Below, one piece after another: positions 8,500 through 19,474 of a stretch of DNA of 32,000 nt. The DNA comes from Vallitaleaceae bacterium (GTDB lineage: Bacteria; Bacillota; Clostridia; Lachnospirales; Vallitaleaceae). The notes under the pieces are model-generated. The model made no database searches. It worked only from the letters and a program-made list of their open reading frames with translations, and was not told the origin of the DNA. Each line of letters starts with the position of its first letter. Position 1 is the stretch's first letter. The translations under genes and the position numbers were made by a program. Where the stretch lies: assembly GCA_965140555.1 (NCBI GenBank), contig OZ223259.1, positions 876,058 to 908,057 on the forward strand, given 5' to 3'.

Positions 8500-9564
8500 C
8501 TATTCAATGCTATCAATGAAATTGTGTGTATCTTCAATCAAACCAAGTTGTATACCTGTTAATTCTTTGTACAACATCCCCGCTACATCACCGATTTGTT
8601 TATTTCCAATGACATAGCGTCCGTGGGCATCAACTAACTCCCCAACAGGAGATATAACCGCAGCTGTTCCTGTCCCGAAAACTTCTGTAACACGGCCATT
8701 TTTAATACCGCTAATAATTTCTTCTATATCCACAACGCGTTCAATGACGTCATATCCTTTGCTTTTACACAATATAATCACACTGTCACGAGTAATCCCC
8801 GGCAGTATGGAACCGGATAAGGACGGTGTTACGATTTGCCCGTCTATGACAAAAAAAACATTCATTGTCCCTACCTCTTCTACATGCTTATGTTCTTTGG
8901 CATCCAACCATAATACTTGTGAACATTGATAAGACTCACATTTTTCATGAGCTATAAGACTCGCCCCATAATTACCAGCCGTTTTTGCATAGCCAACACC
9001 ACCAATGACGGCACGAACATACTCTCTCTCAATATAAATACTCACGGGATTTAATCCCTCATTGTAATAAGGACCCACTGGCGATAGAATAATCATAAAC
9101 GTATACCCTCGTGAAGGATGTACTTTAAGGGATGCTTCCGTAGCAAAAATAAACGGACGTATATAGAGGGCATTTCCCTCGCCATCCGGAATCCACTCTC
9201 TATCTAATGACACAACCGCTTTAACCGCTTCAACAAAATCTTCTTCATTTATTTTGGGGATACACATTCTTTCATTTGAACGATTCATACGCCTTGCATT
9301 CATCTCAGGACGAAATAACAATACCTTTGCATCGTCACTCTTATAGGCTTTCAAACCTTCAAACGTTTCTTGTCCATAGTGTAAAATCATTTGAGACGGG
9401 TCCATTTGAATCGGTCCGTAAGGAATAATTCGAGGATCATACCATCCTTTTTCCTCTTCATAATTCATCACAAACATATGATCTGTAAATTGGGTACCAA
9501 AATCTAATGCCCCTGCCTCCGGCTTCATCTTTGGACATGTTGTCTTCTCTATGCGAATCTCCAT
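8500..9564 (-). CDS. ilvE: Branched-chain amino acid aminotransferase (class IV PLP enzyme)
   Basis: The 354-aa translation has typical IlvE blocks (FTDHMF, HYGQETFEGLKAYK, LYIRPF, VRAVIGGVGYAKTAGNYGASL, LPGITRDSV, EVFGTGTAAVISPVG). Confidence 0.9.
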   Translation of the reverse strand: MEIRIEKTTCPKMKPEAGALDFGTQFTDHMFVMNYEEEKGWYDPRIIPYGPIQMDPSQMILHYGQETFEGLKAYKSDDAKVLLFRPEMNARRMNRSNERMCIPKINEEDFVEAVKAVVSLDREWIPDGEGNALYIRPFIFATEASLKVHPSRGYTFMIILSPVGPYYNEGLNPVSIYIEREYVRAVIGGVGYAKTAGNYGASLIAHEKCESYQCSQVLWLDAKEHKHVEEVGTMNVFFVIDGQIVTPSLSGSILPGITRDSVIILCKSKGYDVIERVVDIEEIISGIKNGRVTEVFGTGTAAVISPVGELVDAHGRYVIGNKQIGDVAGMLYKELTGIQLGLIEDTHNFIDSIE

Positions 9565-9599
9565 ATCATCTACTCCAATCCTATTCCGTTCAACACGCG

Positions 9600-10067
9600 C
9601 TACTTTTGTTCCTTAATCGCTACATTCAACTCTATCTTTCCTTCCGGAAATGACAAAGGAATTCCAATCATTTGACTATCTCCCACATTTAACGATAAGT
9701 CACTACTCAAAAAGATAGTTGGAGGTGTAATATCAAGCATAATTCCCATCTCAGAAAATACCGTCATGGCATTTCCCATCATCATATTCATCAATTCACC
9801 TAATGCACTCCTTGCCATATCATCTAACTCAGATACCGGCATTCCCATCATCATTTTCGAAGCGAGCTCCTTAGCAATACCCGTCTCCATTGCCAATATG
9901 ATCTGTCCATGAAGCTGTCCTGTAATACCAAGCATCACAATAAAAACTTCATTCTTATATTTTGTCTCTGTCAAGAATGGCTTTCCAACCTCTAATTGTA
10001 AACTACATGTTTGCTCCAGCACAAAGGTTGAAGCACGAATTATCGGGTTTAAATATTCCACATTCAT
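9600..10067 (-). CDS. cheX: CheX/CheC-like chemotaxis phosphatase-family protein
   Basis: Size is 155 aa. The N-terminal YLNPIIRASTFVLEQ and the GELMNMMMGNA motif are typical of CheX-like proteins. GAGGT lies 6 nt upstream. Confidence 0.75.
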   Translation of the reverse strand: MNVEYLNPIIRASTFVLEQTCSLQLEVGKPFLTETKYKNEVFIVMLGITGQLHGQIILAMETGIAKELASKMMMGMPVSELDDMARSALGELMNMMMGNAMTVFSEMGIMLDITPPTIFLSSDLSLNVGDSQMIGIPLSFPEGKIELNVAIKEQK

Positions 10068-10107
10068 TTTCTTACCTCATTGTTTTCTTACGGAAATGTT
10101 TTTTTTT

Positions 10108-10136
10108 ATTATCACACATTTTGCACGAATATTCAA
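10108..10136 (-). promoter_or_regulatory. Sigma-A-type promoter (TTGAAT-N17-TGtGATAAT) for cheX-ilvE
   Basis: On the minus strand, TTGAAT (10136-10131), a 17-nt spacer ending in TGT, then GATAAT (10113-10108). It directly follows the glgD terminator. Confidence 0.5.
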
Positions 10137-10138
10137 CG

Positions 10139-10173
10139 AAAAAAAGCCTTATCAATATTCTTGACAAGGCTTT
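10139..10173 (-). terminator. Rho-independent terminator after glgD
   Basis: The minus strand reads GCCTTGTCAA-gaata-TTGATAAGGC followed by T7. The stem is 10 bp with one mismatch (10146-10155 with 10161-10170), and the U-run corresponds to A7 at 10139-10145. Confidence 0.8.
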
Positions 10174-10185
10174 CTTTTGCTATTC

Positions 10186-11307
10186 TCATATCTTTACACC
10201 TTTTCCGACAATAAAAGGGTACGTATTTTCACCTTTCAAAATTTTACCCTCAGACACTTCAACCTCTTTATCCAAAATTACATAATCTAATTTTGCATTC
10301 CTTTTGACAACTGTGTTTTGCATAACAATGCAATTATCAATGACCACGCCCTGCTCTACTTTAACGCCCCTGAAAAGGACACTGTTTCGAACCGTTCCTT
10401 CTATAATACAACCATCAGCAACAATAGAATTGGTAACTTCTGCTTCATCATTATACTTAGCAGGGGTTTCATCTTTGATTTTCGTAAATACGCGACCATT
10501 TTCCATAAACAGTTCCCGTCTGACCTCAGGATCTAACAATTCCATATTCGTTCTATAAAAAAGAGGTATAGAATGCATGGAACGCCAGTATCCATGGTAT
10601 TGACACCCATGTATATGTAATGAATCTAACTTTTTAATAATAATATCCCGAACAAAATCATAATACCCTTGTGCAGCACTTTCTTCCAACAGTTCCATAA
10701 GAAGCGTTCGTTTTAAGATATAAATCCCCATAGATGCTAACTGTCCTTGAGGATTCCTAGGCTTTTCATATAATTTACGGATGCGATTTTCTTGATCCAA
10801 CTCTAAGATTCCATAGAATCTAAGATCTTCTTCATTTAAATCACTCATATCACGATAACATAACGTTATATCCGCGCCTGCTTTTTTGTGATTTTCCAGC
10901 AATTCATTGTAATTCATTTTGTAAATGCAATTACCACTTGCAATAAGTACATATTCCGCTTGACTACGACGTAAGAACGTCATATTGTGATACATACCGT
11001 CAGCAGATCCTTTATACCATCCTGAATTTTCGCCAGAGAGATATGGTGGGAAGAAAAACAGACCACCGCGTCGTCGGTCCAGATCCCACTCCTTACCTGA
11101 ACCCAAATGATCCATAAGGGAACGGTAACTGTATTGCGTGAGTATCCCGACTTTATTCACCCCTGAATTTATCATATTCGATAGAACAAAATCTATTGCT
11201 CGGTATCGTCCTCCATAAGCAATGGCTGCAACAGAACGCTTCGCCGTAAGTTCTTTCATTTTTTCATTTTTACCGCCGGTAATTATAATGCCTAATGTAT
11301 TATTCAT
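10186..11307 (-). CDS. glgD: Glucose-1-phosphate adenylyltransferase, GlgD subunit
   Basis: A GlgC paralogue with a degenerate N-terminal motif ([43 protein letters not shown]), located immediately downstream of glgC. The track starts at GTG 11316. I prefer ATG 11307 (MNNTLGII), which has GGAGG 8 nt upstream. Confidence 0.88.
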   Translation of the reverse strand: MNNTLGIIITGGKNEKMKELTAKRSVAAIAYGGRYRAIDFVLSNMINSGVNKVGILTQYSYRSLMDHLGSGKEWDLDRRRGGLFFFPPYLSGENSGWYKGSADGMYHNMTFLRRSQAEYVLIASGNCIYKMNYNELLENHKKAGADITLCYRDMSDLNEEDLRFYGILELDQENRIRKLYEKPRNPQGQLASMGIYILKRTLLMELLEESAAQGYYDFVRDIIIKKLDSLHIHGCQYHGYWRSMHSIPLFYRTNMELLDPEVRRELFMENGRVFTKIKDETPAKYNDEAEVTNSIVADGCIIEGTVRNSVLFRGVKVEQGVVIDNCIVMQNTVVKRNAKLDYVILDKEVEVSEGKILKGENTYPFIVGKGVKI

Positions 11308-12583
11308 TCTCCTCACCTCCTGCTTGAACTGTAGCTCCTGAAAGTACCGTTAATTGTTTAAAGTCCTCAGGGGTAACGCCTTTTTCTATTACAACATTTT
11401 TGCCTAATACGGCGTTGGCAGGAATAATTGAATTTTCAGCAATGACCGTGATTCCACTATTGTATAAAGAGGGTTTTAGCTGATTAACAATCTCATCTCC
11501 AAAGCCGATATGCCCGTCTTCTTGAATCGTTACCTGCTCTCCGACAATCGATTTTTTAATATGTGCATTTTTCTTAATAACTGAGTTCGCCATAATAATA
11601 GAGTCTTCCACAACTGCACCGTCTTCAATATACACTCCGGGGAATACAACGGAGTTACGCACTGTTCCGTAAATCATACAACCTTCTGCAACAATAGAGT
11701 GTTTGACACTCCCACTAGGTCCGATATAATTAGCAGGCATCACAGGATTAACCGTAAATATCTTCCATACTTGATCAAACAAATCAAATTCCGGAACGCG
11801 CTTTATTAAATCCATATTCGATTCCCAATAAGCCTGAATAGTCCCTACATCTTTCCAATATCCTTTGAATCGATAGGCATAAGCTTCTAGTTTGTCATCA
11901 ATCATTTTAGGGAGAATATTATGTCCAAAATCATGACTCGACTGTGTATCTTTCGCATCTTTTATCAAATAGTCCCGAAGTATCTTCCATGTGAAGATAT
12001 AAACTCCCATCGATGCGAGATTATTCTTAGGATGCTCCGGTTTTTCATCAAATTCTATAACTCTATCTTCTGCATCTGTATTCATGATACCAAATCGATT
12101 AGCTTCTTCAATAGGTATTTCAAACACCGATATGGTTGCCGCTGCTTTCTTTTCTTTGTGATAGGATAACATTTTGGAATAGTCCATTTTATAAATATGA
12201 TCACCAGAAAGAATAATAACATATTCCGGATCTTCTTTTTCTATATAATGAATATTTTGATAAACTGCATTGGCCGTACCTGTAAACCAATCACTATTGT
12301 CACTTTTCTTATACGGAGACAAAATTGTCAACCCGCCTGTAATCCGGTCCAAGTCCCATGGCTTTCCTATTCCGATATGTGCATTCAACTCAAGGGGTTG
12401 GTATTGAGTGAACACACCAACTGTATCAATTCCTGAATTTACACAGTTACTCAAAGGAAAATCGATAATACGATACTTTCCTCCATATGATACCGCTGGT
12501 TTTGCTGTCGTTGTTGTCAAAACCCCTAGTCTGGATCCTTGCCCTCCGGCAAGTAATAGTCCAACAATTTCTTTTTTAGCCAT
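11300..12583 (-). CDS. glgC: Glucose-1-phosphate adenylyltransferase, catalytic subunit
   Basis: [42 protein letters not shown] plus C-terminal left-handed beta-helix repeats. The track start at 12598 adds MGDGR. I prefer ATG 12583 (MAKKEIVG), which has GGGAGA 7 nt upstream. Confidence 0.9.
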   Translation of the reverse strand: MAKKEIVGLLLAGGQGSRLGVLTTTTAKPAVSYGGKYRIIDFPLSNCVNSGIDTVGVFTQYQPLELNAHIGIGKPWDLDRITGGLTILSPYKKSDNSDWFTGTANAVYQNIHYIEKEDPEYVIILSGDHIYKMDYSKMLSYHKEKKAAATISVFEIPIEEANRFGIMNTDAEDRVIEFDEKPEHPKNNLASMGVYIFTWKILRDYLIKDAKDTQSSHDFGHNILPKMIDDKLEAYAYRFKGYWKDVGTIQAYWESNMDLIKRVPEFDLFDQVWKIFTVNPVMPANYIGPSGSVKHSIVAEGCMIYGTVRNSVVFPGVYIEDGAVVEDSIIMANSVIKKNAHIKKSIVGEQVTIQEDGHIGFGDEIVNQLKPSLYNSGITVIAENSIIPANAVLGKNVVIEKGVTPEDFKQLTVLSGATVQAGGEENE

Positions 12584-12621
12584 CCTTCCATCTCCCATCT
12601 CTGTAATCGGCGTATATGTTC

Positions 12622-12630
12622 ATTTTACCA
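12622..12630 (-). promoter_or_regulatory. Candidate extended -10 element (TGgTAAAAT) upstream of glgC
   Basis: On the minus strand, TGG-TAAAAT occupies 12630-12622, about 25 nt upstream of the glgC SD. No good -35 is present, so this is tentative. Confidence 0.35.
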
Positions 12631-12639
12631 TAAAATGCG

Positions 12640-14919
12640 TCAATGCGTACAGTCCTTTAACAACATATTATATATGGATTCTAGCTTTACCGGTTTTTCC
12701 ATATAAGCCATTACATGATCGTTTTTTTGCGTTTCTTCCTGAGCCAACGGTGTATTCCCTGATAGAAAAATGACCTCGACATCGGGATTGATTTGTATGA
12801 GTTGTTCTAACACACTTGCTCCTGACATATGTGGCATAATTACGTCTAAAATAATACGATCAATATCTCTATAATGCTCCTTATAATAATTCACAGCATC
12901 TATCGGTTGAGAAAAGGATATAACTTTCATCCCTTTATTCGTTAAGTACACCCCTAATAACTCATTAATTAACGGCTCATCATCAACAACCATAACCCAA
13001 AGAGCTTTATCCTCTGAAACAACCAAAGTCTCCTGTTCACCCGTCATGTATTTCTCTCGATTTTGAATCGTATCTTCACATTTGATACACGGAATATATA
13101 CCTCAAATGAAGACCCCTTATCCGGAACACTATTAACTCGAATACCACCCTTATGTTGTTTAATAACGCCGGCTACTGTTGCTAATCCGATACCTGTACC
13201 CATTTTTTTGGTAGAGAAAAATGGTTCAAAGATATGCTCAATAATATGCTCCTCCATTCCCACACCACTATCTGTAATCACCACGCGTCCATAGCATCCT
13301 TTTTCAAGTTCGCCCAAAGGCGTTACCAAACGTTCCTCCAATACAACACGGTCCACATTAATCTGTATCGACCCATATTCAACCAAAGCATCCTTGGCAT
13401 TGATGCAAATATTTAATATGGCATTTTGCATGAGCGATGGGTCAACTTCAACTTCAATACTCTCTGTTTCTGCTGAATAGGTGATTTCTACTTCTTTTCC
13501 CATACTATGTTTAATAATTTCATACAAACTTTCTACCATTTGCACAAGATTTTTATGTTGTAGTTCCATGGGACTTTGCTTACTAAAGGCTAATAGTTTT
13601 CGAACAATATCTGAAGTTGTCTTAATAATAGTGTCAAGTCGCTTAATATCGACTCCCGCATCTAGAGGATTCTGATGTTCTAATAGAAGATCAACATATC
13701 CCCGCATCATCATCAACTGGTTGTTAATATCATGAGCAATGCCTCCTGCCAAGCGCCCTACTGACGTTAACCGTTCATTATGCTGGAGCATTTGCTCTGC
13801 TTCTTTTCTGGTGGTTATATCCATACATGTACCTGACATAATCCACGGCAATCCCTTTTTGGTAAATTTCATAACCTTCCCGCGGTCATGGAACCATACC
13901 CAACGACCATCTTTATGCCGCATTCGATACGTACTGTCAAACATTCTACTTCCACCATCGACTTGTCTCTCAATCTCTTGAATAACTGTTTGCTTATCCT
14001 TTGGATGCATGAGTGATACCCATGTATCAAAGGTTGTGGGCATAAGTTCTCGTGCCTCATATCCTAGCATATCAAACCAAAAAATATTATAATCGGTTTG
14101 CCCGGTTAAGATATTCCATGACCATGTTCCTATTTGCGCTGCTTCAACTAATTCCTGATAACGTTTGCTACTTTCCTCTAGTTTTTCCTGTATGGATTTT
14201 TGTTGAGTTAAATCGTAGAAGTAAGTTCCAATTTTACGGGTATTTTTTTCTTCGAAAAAGTACACATACGCCCTTATCCATCGCCATATTTCACCTTTAT
14301 AAAAAAAACGTCCCAAAAGCTCTATATGTCCTTCGCCCTTTTGTATAAACTGTTGAACTTGACTCTTTATAATTTTCACATCATTTGGATGTACAGATTC
14401 CATAATATCATTTAAATCCATGTTTACAAAAAGATTGTAGCTTTCCATAAAGCGTTCGATATCACCTGTAATTTTAGTAATCCGCCACTTATCCTTCTTA
14501 GACCATATACAACGTATCATAGGGCCTAGTTGAAACAATGCATCGCTTTCATACATCATCTGCTTAGGTGTCAGCTTTTTCTCCAACAATAGCACAAATT
14601 CGTCCTCTGAAATTTTTAATAATTGAGCCTTGATCCATATTCCAATACGCTCAACGAACACTTGATGTTGATAGCGTCTGAGCCCTTTGAACATATGCGA
14701 TTCTTTATTGATGGATTCAATCATATCATGAACATGAAGTTCTTCCATCATACATAGGACATTCTCTCGTGTATGCTCTAATCGGAATATAACAAATAAG
14801 CTTGTATCAACTTCTACAAACTTATAAGTGTTTCTATTTTCATGAGATTTAATACATTGGAATTGAATATATCCTGTAGCTTCAGTATAAACACTCTCAC
14901 TATCTGTTATATCAAGCAT
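12640..14919 (-). CDS. Cytoplasmic hybrid sensor histidine kinase (PAS repeats, HisKA, HATPase_c, C-terminal receiver)
   Basis: No TM segments. PAS-like blocks (AAQIGTWSWNILTGQTDYN...YRMRHKDGRWVWFHDRG), H-box LAGGIAHDINNQL, HATPase (VVITDSGVGM...GTGIGLATV) and a receiver domain (VMVVDDEPL...IILDVIMPHMSG). GGGAGG lies 5 nt upstream. Confidence 0.85.
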   Translation of the reverse strand: MLDITDSESVYTEATGYIQFQCIKSHENRNTYKFVEVDTSLFVIFRLEHTRENVLCMMEELHVHDMIESINKESHMFKGLRRYQHQVFVERIGIWIKAQLLKISEDEFVLLLEKKLTPKQMMYESDALFQLGPMIRCIWSKKDKWRITKITGDIERFMESYNLFVNMDLNDIMESVHPNDVKIIKSQVQQFIQKGEGHIELLGRFFYKGEIWRWIRAYVYFFEEKNTRKIGTYFYDLTQQKSIQEKLEESSKRYQELVEAAQIGTWSWNILTGQTDYNIFWFDMLGYEARELMPTTFDTWVSLMHPKDKQTVIQEIERQVDGGSRMFDSTYRMRHKDGRWVWFHDRGKVMKFTKKGLPWIMSGTCMDITTRKEAEQMLQHNERLTSVGRLAGGIAHDINNQLMMMRGYVDLLLEHQNPLDAGVDIKRLDTIIKTTSDIVRKLLAFSKQSPMELQHKNLVQMVESLYEIIKHSMGKEVEITYSAETESIEVEVDPSLMQNAILNICINAKDALVEYGSIQINVDRVVLEERLVTPLGELEKGCYGRVVITDSGVGMEEHIIEHIFEPFFSTKKMGTGIGLATVAGVIKQHKGGIRVNSVPDKGSSFEVYIPCIKCEDTIQNREKYMTGEQETLVVSEDKALWVMVVDDEPLINELLGVYLTNKGMKVISFSQPIDAVNYYKEHYRDIDRIILDVIMPHMSGASVLEQLIQINPDVEVIFLSGNTPLAQEETQKNDHVMAYMEKPVKLESIYNMLLKDCTH

Positions 14920-14992
14920 TGGACCTCCCTGTCCTCACTCCTACTATAGCCTAAGACCATTATAACATACTCTTAAACTCGATGAAAGCTCT

Positions 14993-15874
14993 CTATCGGT
15001 CTTCTCGTATACTATTCGATATAAAGGCTATTGCCATCATTCCCGGTCCTACATGGGAAGCAATCGTTGCTGACAAGCAGGTTACTATGACAGGATTTGT
15101 TATGCCTGCAGCCCTGAAACTTTCAATAATACGCTCTGCTTCTTCCGGAAGATGTGCATGACCTACAACAATCATTTGTTTGTCATCCGACAGATTTTCC
15201 ATTACTTTGTTCAGCATATACTTATAGGCTTTGGCCTTGCCCCTTAACTTACTAAACGATACTAATTTACCACGATGATCCATCGAAAGAACGGGCTTCA
15301 CGGATAGCATAGTACCCACATATGCTGATGCCGCCGGTATTCGTCCCCCATTTTTTAAATGCATAAGATCGTCTACAACAAACCAATGATTGGCTTGCAA
15401 TTTAATCGATTCTATATGTTGAAAAATCATCATTGTTTCCAACTCTTTTTCAACATCATGAACGGCTTCTATAACAAGTGCCGCCAGTCCTATTGATGCT
15501 GCCAATGAGTCAATAATATGTATCGATGCCTCTGGGTAATCTTCTTTAACCATATCAGCCGCAAGAAATGCATTCCCAACTGTCCCGCTTAGCCCTGAAG
15601 AAAGACCGATATAAATTATCTCGTTATCGTTCTCAATTTGCTTTTTAAAGCACTCGTAAAATGTCATCACATTAATCTGAGATGTTTTTGGCATTGTTCC
15701 ATTATCAAGCTGTTCATAAAAAAATGTATGTGAAAACGTATCACCTAGATCGTCCACATACTCTCTATCCGCAATATTAACCGGCATTCCTAAAACAATT
15801 AAATGTTTCTCATGGGATCGGACAAAATCCAAACTGAGATCCGAACTTGAATCAGTTATGATTATCGTATTCAT
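14993..15874 (-). CDS. DegV-family fatty-acid-binding protein (FakB-like)
   Basis: IIITDSSSDLSLDF at the N-terminus, a typical DegV length of 293 aa, and HVGPGMMAIAF near the C-terminus. GGGAGG lies 6 nt upstream. Confidence 0.88.
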   Translation of the reverse strand: MNTIIITDSSSDLSLDFVRSHEKHLIVLGMPVNIADREYVDDLGDTFSHTFFYEQLDNGTMPKTSQINVMTFYECFKKQIENDNEIIYIGLSSGLSGTVGNAFLAADMVKEDYPEASIHIIDSLAASIGLAALVIEAVHDVEKELETMMIFQHIESIKLQANHWFVVDDLMHLKNGGRIPAASAYVGTMLSVKPVLSMDHRGKLVSFSKLRGKAKAYKYMLNKVMENLSDDKQMIVVGHAHLPEEAERIIESFRAAGITNPVIVTCLSATIASHVGPGMMAIAFISNSIREDR

Positions 15875-15904
15875 AGTTTTCCTCCCGAAATATATCTCCT
15901 TTCT

Positions 15905-15933
15905 ATTTTACGTGAAGACCTTTACCTTGTAAA
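15905..15933 (-). promoter_or_regulatory. Sigma-A-type promoter (TTTACA-N17-TAAAAT) for degV
   Basis: On the minus strand, TTTACA (15933-15928), a 17-nt spacer, then TAAAAT (15910-15905). Confidence 0.5.
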
Positions 15934-16033
15934 GCGAATTAACACGACCCATTTGCTCTATGAAAAAGTTATTGTTACTACATATAGAAGTCAACAAAAC
16001 TAAATCTTCCGTCTTTTCCCCGCAAAGAATCCA

Positions 16034-16042
16034 TGCTATAAT
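16034..16042 (+). promoter_or_regulatory. Extended -10 element (TGcTATAAT) for the SEC-C gene
   Basis: TG at 16034-16035 and TATAAT at 16037-16042, about 38 nt upstream of the ATG at 16080. The -35 is weak. Confidence 0.45.
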
Positions 16043-16079
16043 AGCAGTATCTATCGTGTATTAGAGAAAGGAAAACATT

Positions 16080-16583
16080 ATGCAATTATATGAACAATGG
16101 AAAGAGCTCGCATACAAAGAGCGTACTCCCGAAGAATATGACGCTTTCTGGAGCGACTATTTACCTAAAGAACAAGAAGTCTATACAACATTACTTCAAC
16201 AACACGGCACTGTAACTGAAGGTACTATCTCTGATTTAGCAGCCACCTTCAATTTAGAACCTGTTGTCTTTGTCGGCTTTCTGGATGGAATTAACACCAG
16301 TTTAACCACAGCTATTGACCTCGAGCCGTTAACCGAAGACGATACGGTACGTTTATCTATAGACTTTCCCTTGCTCTATCACAATATGCTCGAGGCTACA
16401 GCAGAATGGCTCTATACCCTTCCCGAATGGGATGACATCTTGACTCCTGAAGAACGCAAGGGTATTAAGAAGGCTTACAACCAAAGCAAGATTGTTGTGA
16501 AAGACCGTAAAATCGGACGCAACGAACCTTGCCCATGCGGAAGTGGTAAGAAATACAAACAATGTTGTTTAAAAAACGCATAA
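16080..16583 (+). CDS. SEC-C metal-binding motif protein of unknown function
   Basis: The C-terminal [13 protein letters not shown] is the SecA-type SEC-C zinc motif. I do not recognise the N-terminal 140 aa. Confidence 0.7.
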   Translation: MQLYEQWKELAYKERTPEEYDAFWSDYLPKEQEVYTTLLQQHGTVTEGTISDLAATFNLEPVVFVGFLDGINTSLTTAIDLEPLTEDDTVRLSIDFPLLYHNMLEATAEWLYTLPEWDDILTPEERKGIKKAYNQSKIVVKDRKIGRNEPCPCGSGKKYKQCCLKNA

Positions 16584-16599
16584 GACCAATACGCTAGTA

Positions 16600-17391
16600 T
16601 TATTGCTTAGGAGGCATAGGAATAAATTTATTCGTATGCCTTTTGTATTGTTTAAAATCTTTCCGGTCTTTATATTTCTCTTCTAACAACGGCACACCGG
16701 ATACAAAATAGAGCAATAACGTCATAATAAGTGGTGATACATATAACGCTAAACTACTTACCGAATCAACCGCCATCGTGGTAATTCCCCACCATAAAAG
16801 CGCCTCTCCGAAATAATTCGGATGTCTTGTATACGCCCATAACCCTTCCGTCATCAATTGACCTTTATTGGATTTTCTGTTTTTAAATTTTCTTAATTGC
16901 CAGTCGCCGATAACCTCAAATCCAAAACCTACCAAAAAAATCACAATTCCGGCAATTAATAATCCGGACATACTATTGTTTGGTTTGGATATTCGATAAA
17001 TTATAGGCTGCGCCACAACCAGCATAAAAAACATTTGAAGCATAAAGACTCTTAAATACGCCATTATATACGGATGATCCCCAAATTTTTTACGCATATC
17101 AACATATCGAAAATCTTCACCTTTACCTATATTCCGAGATCCAATATGCAGTGCCAATCGACTTCCCCATAAAATCACACATACAGGTAGTACATAATCA
17201 AGTCCTTCCGGGTTTGCTCCAGGTTCAATTCTCTGAATAACAGAAAGACCTATTGCTAAAATTGCAAATCCTAATCCCCATCCTATATCCACAATTGAAT
17301 TATTATGTATTATTGTTGCAATAATAAAAAGAACTGTAAAATACACCCATAGAATACCTAACGACAAAACAATCAACATTCCATAACTCAT
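16600..17391 (-). CDS. DUF1295 / steroid 5-alpha-reductase-like polytopic membrane protein
   Basis: Multiple TM helices and the C-terminal [20 protein letters not shown] motif typical of the DUF1295/ICMT-like superfamily. Only 19 nt separate it from the upstream DAK2/DegV gene. Confidence 0.75.
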   Translation of the reverse strand: MSYGMLIVLSLGILWVYFTVLFIIATIIHNNSIVDIGWGLGFAILAIGLSVIQRIEPGANPEGLDYVLPVCVILWGSRLALHIGSRNIGKGEDFRYVDMRKKFGDHPYIMAYLRVFMLQMFFMLVVAQPIIYRISKPNNSMSGLLIAGIVIFLVGFGFEVIGDWQLRKFKNRKSNKGQLMTEGLWAYTRHPNYFGEALLWWGITTMAVDSVSSLALYVSPLIMTLLLYFVSGVPLLEEKYKDRKDFKQYKRHTNKFIPMPPKQ

Positions 17392-17410
17392 CCTATCATC
17401 CTTTCTTTGG

Positions 17411-19255
17411 TTAATGTCTCCGTTCCTTTATTTTTTCTATAAATGACAGAGGTAATGTCTGTTCAACTGCAAATGCTACAGCCACAGCTCCTTCTCCGGC
17501 ACTCATGGCAATAATCGTTGATGAAGCACATATATATGTAGGTTCAAATCCTAAGTGCTTTTCTAGAATTCTACCTATATTTTGGGCTTCTTCTTTTTTA
17601 TCAACATAGACGATACTATACGCAGTAATCGTACATTTCTCATGATATTTGAGAATTTCTTTAATCAAGGCTTTTCGGCTACCGTTCTTGGACCAGGCCA
17701 GTCGTCCTAATGCCCCTTCTCCGTCTTTATTCAACGAGATTAGCGGTCTGAACTTAATCTTCTCTAATATATTACCCATCTTTACGGTAAGACGCCCTGA
17801 ACGAACCATAGGTTGTAAATCTGCGATTCGAACAAGTATTCTTACATTGCCTCGGGCTACATTAAGGAAATCAACAACTTCCTGTACAGACTTCCCTTTA
17901 TTTAATTCACCGGCTGCCATATATGCTAATAGACCTTGGGCTGCAGAGTTTTGCTTAGAATCGATTACATGGACTCTTTTACGTCCTTCATTCATCGGCT
18001 TTGCAACCTTCATAAAATTATTATAGGTTCCGCTTAATTTTCCTGATACATTAATGACTATAAGAGAGTCATAATAGCTTAATAAATATCTTAAACGATT
18101 ATCTATGGTTGCCACATCCGGCTGTGATGACGCAACCGTCTCTCCTTGATTTACTGCTCTTATTACATCTTGATTATGAATGGTCAACTTGTCAAAATAC
18201 TCACTCTCATCAATACTAATCCGCAAGGGTATTGTATGTATTTGCAACTGCTCAAGCAATGTTGGCGAGAGATCTGCAATAGAATCAACCACAATCCCAA
18301 CTTGATGTTGACGGTGGTAAGCAACCTCCACCTGCTCTTTCATATCATCAATCTTTTGATATCGAATGGATCCTTGCTTTTCTAAGAGTTGTACAACTTC
18401 TCGCGGTTGATTCGTATGAATATGAACACGTGTGACCAGTTTATTCCCTGCAACCACAATAGCATCTCCATAAGGTTTTAAGATATCCTTAATCCTTACC
18501 TCCGGATTATTAACTTTGTATAACACTTCTGTACAATAGCGATATGCAGGTACTTCATCTCCTACATGATTGTGCTCATGTACGCTTCTAATCTCATCTT
18601 CATCAATCTCTTCATCGGCCATTTCTTCTAACTGAAGATGCGTCTGTCGACTTTTCAAAAATTCCAGCATACCTTCAATAAATAAGACAAAGCCTTTGGC
18701 TCCTGAGTCAACAACTCCCGCTCGCTTTAGAATATCTAATTGTTGCTTTGTATGATCTAATGCAATGGTAGCTTCTTTGTAACCATATTCAATGACATCA
18801 ATAAAACTTTTACCTTTTGCCCGCTCCAACTTCAATGACTCTGTAAAAATGCGAATAACTGTTAATATAGTGCCTTCTACCGGTTCTCCCAATGCTTCAT
18901 AGGCAAAATCCAACGCCTGCTGATTAGCCGAAACAAAATCATCAATACTTACGTCTTCTTGACTATTGATTCCCTCACTGATACCTACAAAATATTGTGC
19001 AAAAATAACCCCCGAATTACCTCTAGCACCACTTAATGCAGCCTCAGCAAGTATTCCAAAGGCTTCCTTAAAATTATAATTGTCGTTTGCTCTATATAAA
19101 ACAGCTTTCATTGTAGAGAATAAATTGGTTCCGGTATCTCCATCAGGTACCGGAAACACATTAATCTGATTTAAATACTCTTTCTGTCCCATGACATTTT
19201 TTGCTCCTGAAAGGTAAGCATAATAAAGTCGTTTTCCCTCGATAGTTTCTGTCAT
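17411..19255 (-). CDS. DAK2-domain (FakA-like kinase) protein fused to a full-length DegV-like domain
   Basis: Dak2 motif [14 protein letters not shown] and ARGNSGVI; a central His/Cys cluster (HEHNH...YRYCTEV...RVHIHTN); C-terminal DegV-like [16 protein letters not shown]...YSIVYVD...GEGAVAVAF. The track starts at 19273. I prefer ATG 19255 (MTETIEGK), which has AAGGAGG (19262-19268) 6 nt upstream. Confidence 0.85.
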   Translation of the reverse strand: MTETIEGKRLYYAYLSGAKNVMGQKEYLNQINVFPVPDGDTGTNLFSTMKAVLYRANDNYNFKEAFGILAEAALSGARGNSGVIFAQYFVGISEGINSQEDVSIDDFVSANQQALDFAYEALGEPVEGTILTVIRIFTESLKLERAKGKSFIDVIEYGYKEATIALDHTKQQLDILKRAGVVDSGAKGFVLFIEGMLEFLKSRQTHLQLEEMADEEIDEDEIRSVHEHNHVGDEVPAYRYCTEVLYKVNNPEVRIKDILKPYGDAIVVAGNKLVTRVHIHTNQPREVVQLLEKQGSIRYQKIDDMKEQVEVAYHRQHQVGIVVDSIADLSPTLLEQLQIHTIPLRISIDESEYFDKLTIHNQDVIRAVNQGETVASSQPDVATIDNRLRYLLSYYDSLIVINVSGKLSGTYNNFMKVAKPMNEGRKRVHVIDSKQNSAAQGLLAYMAAGELNKGKSVQEVVDFLNVARGNVRILVRIADLQPMVRSGRLTVKMGNILEKIKFRPLISLNKDGEGALGRLAWSKNGSRKALIKEILKYHEKCTITAYSIVYVDKKEEAQNIGRILEKHLGFEPTYICASSTIIAMSAGEGAVAVAFAVEQTLPLSFIEKIKERRH

Positions 19256-19474
19256 TCTAGTCCTCCTTAACATGTTCTCTCATATATATATAATCCGGCG
19301 TTGTATTATTAATTAATAATAATTATTACTCATCAATTATACCTTATTCTTTAATTGGTATCAATCACGAAATAAAGCTAGAAAAATTATGTAAACTTTG
19401 CTAAAATAGAATAAGTTTAACGCATCACTGCGACATTGCTTTCTCAGATAAAAATAATGAAAGAAGGTATTACT

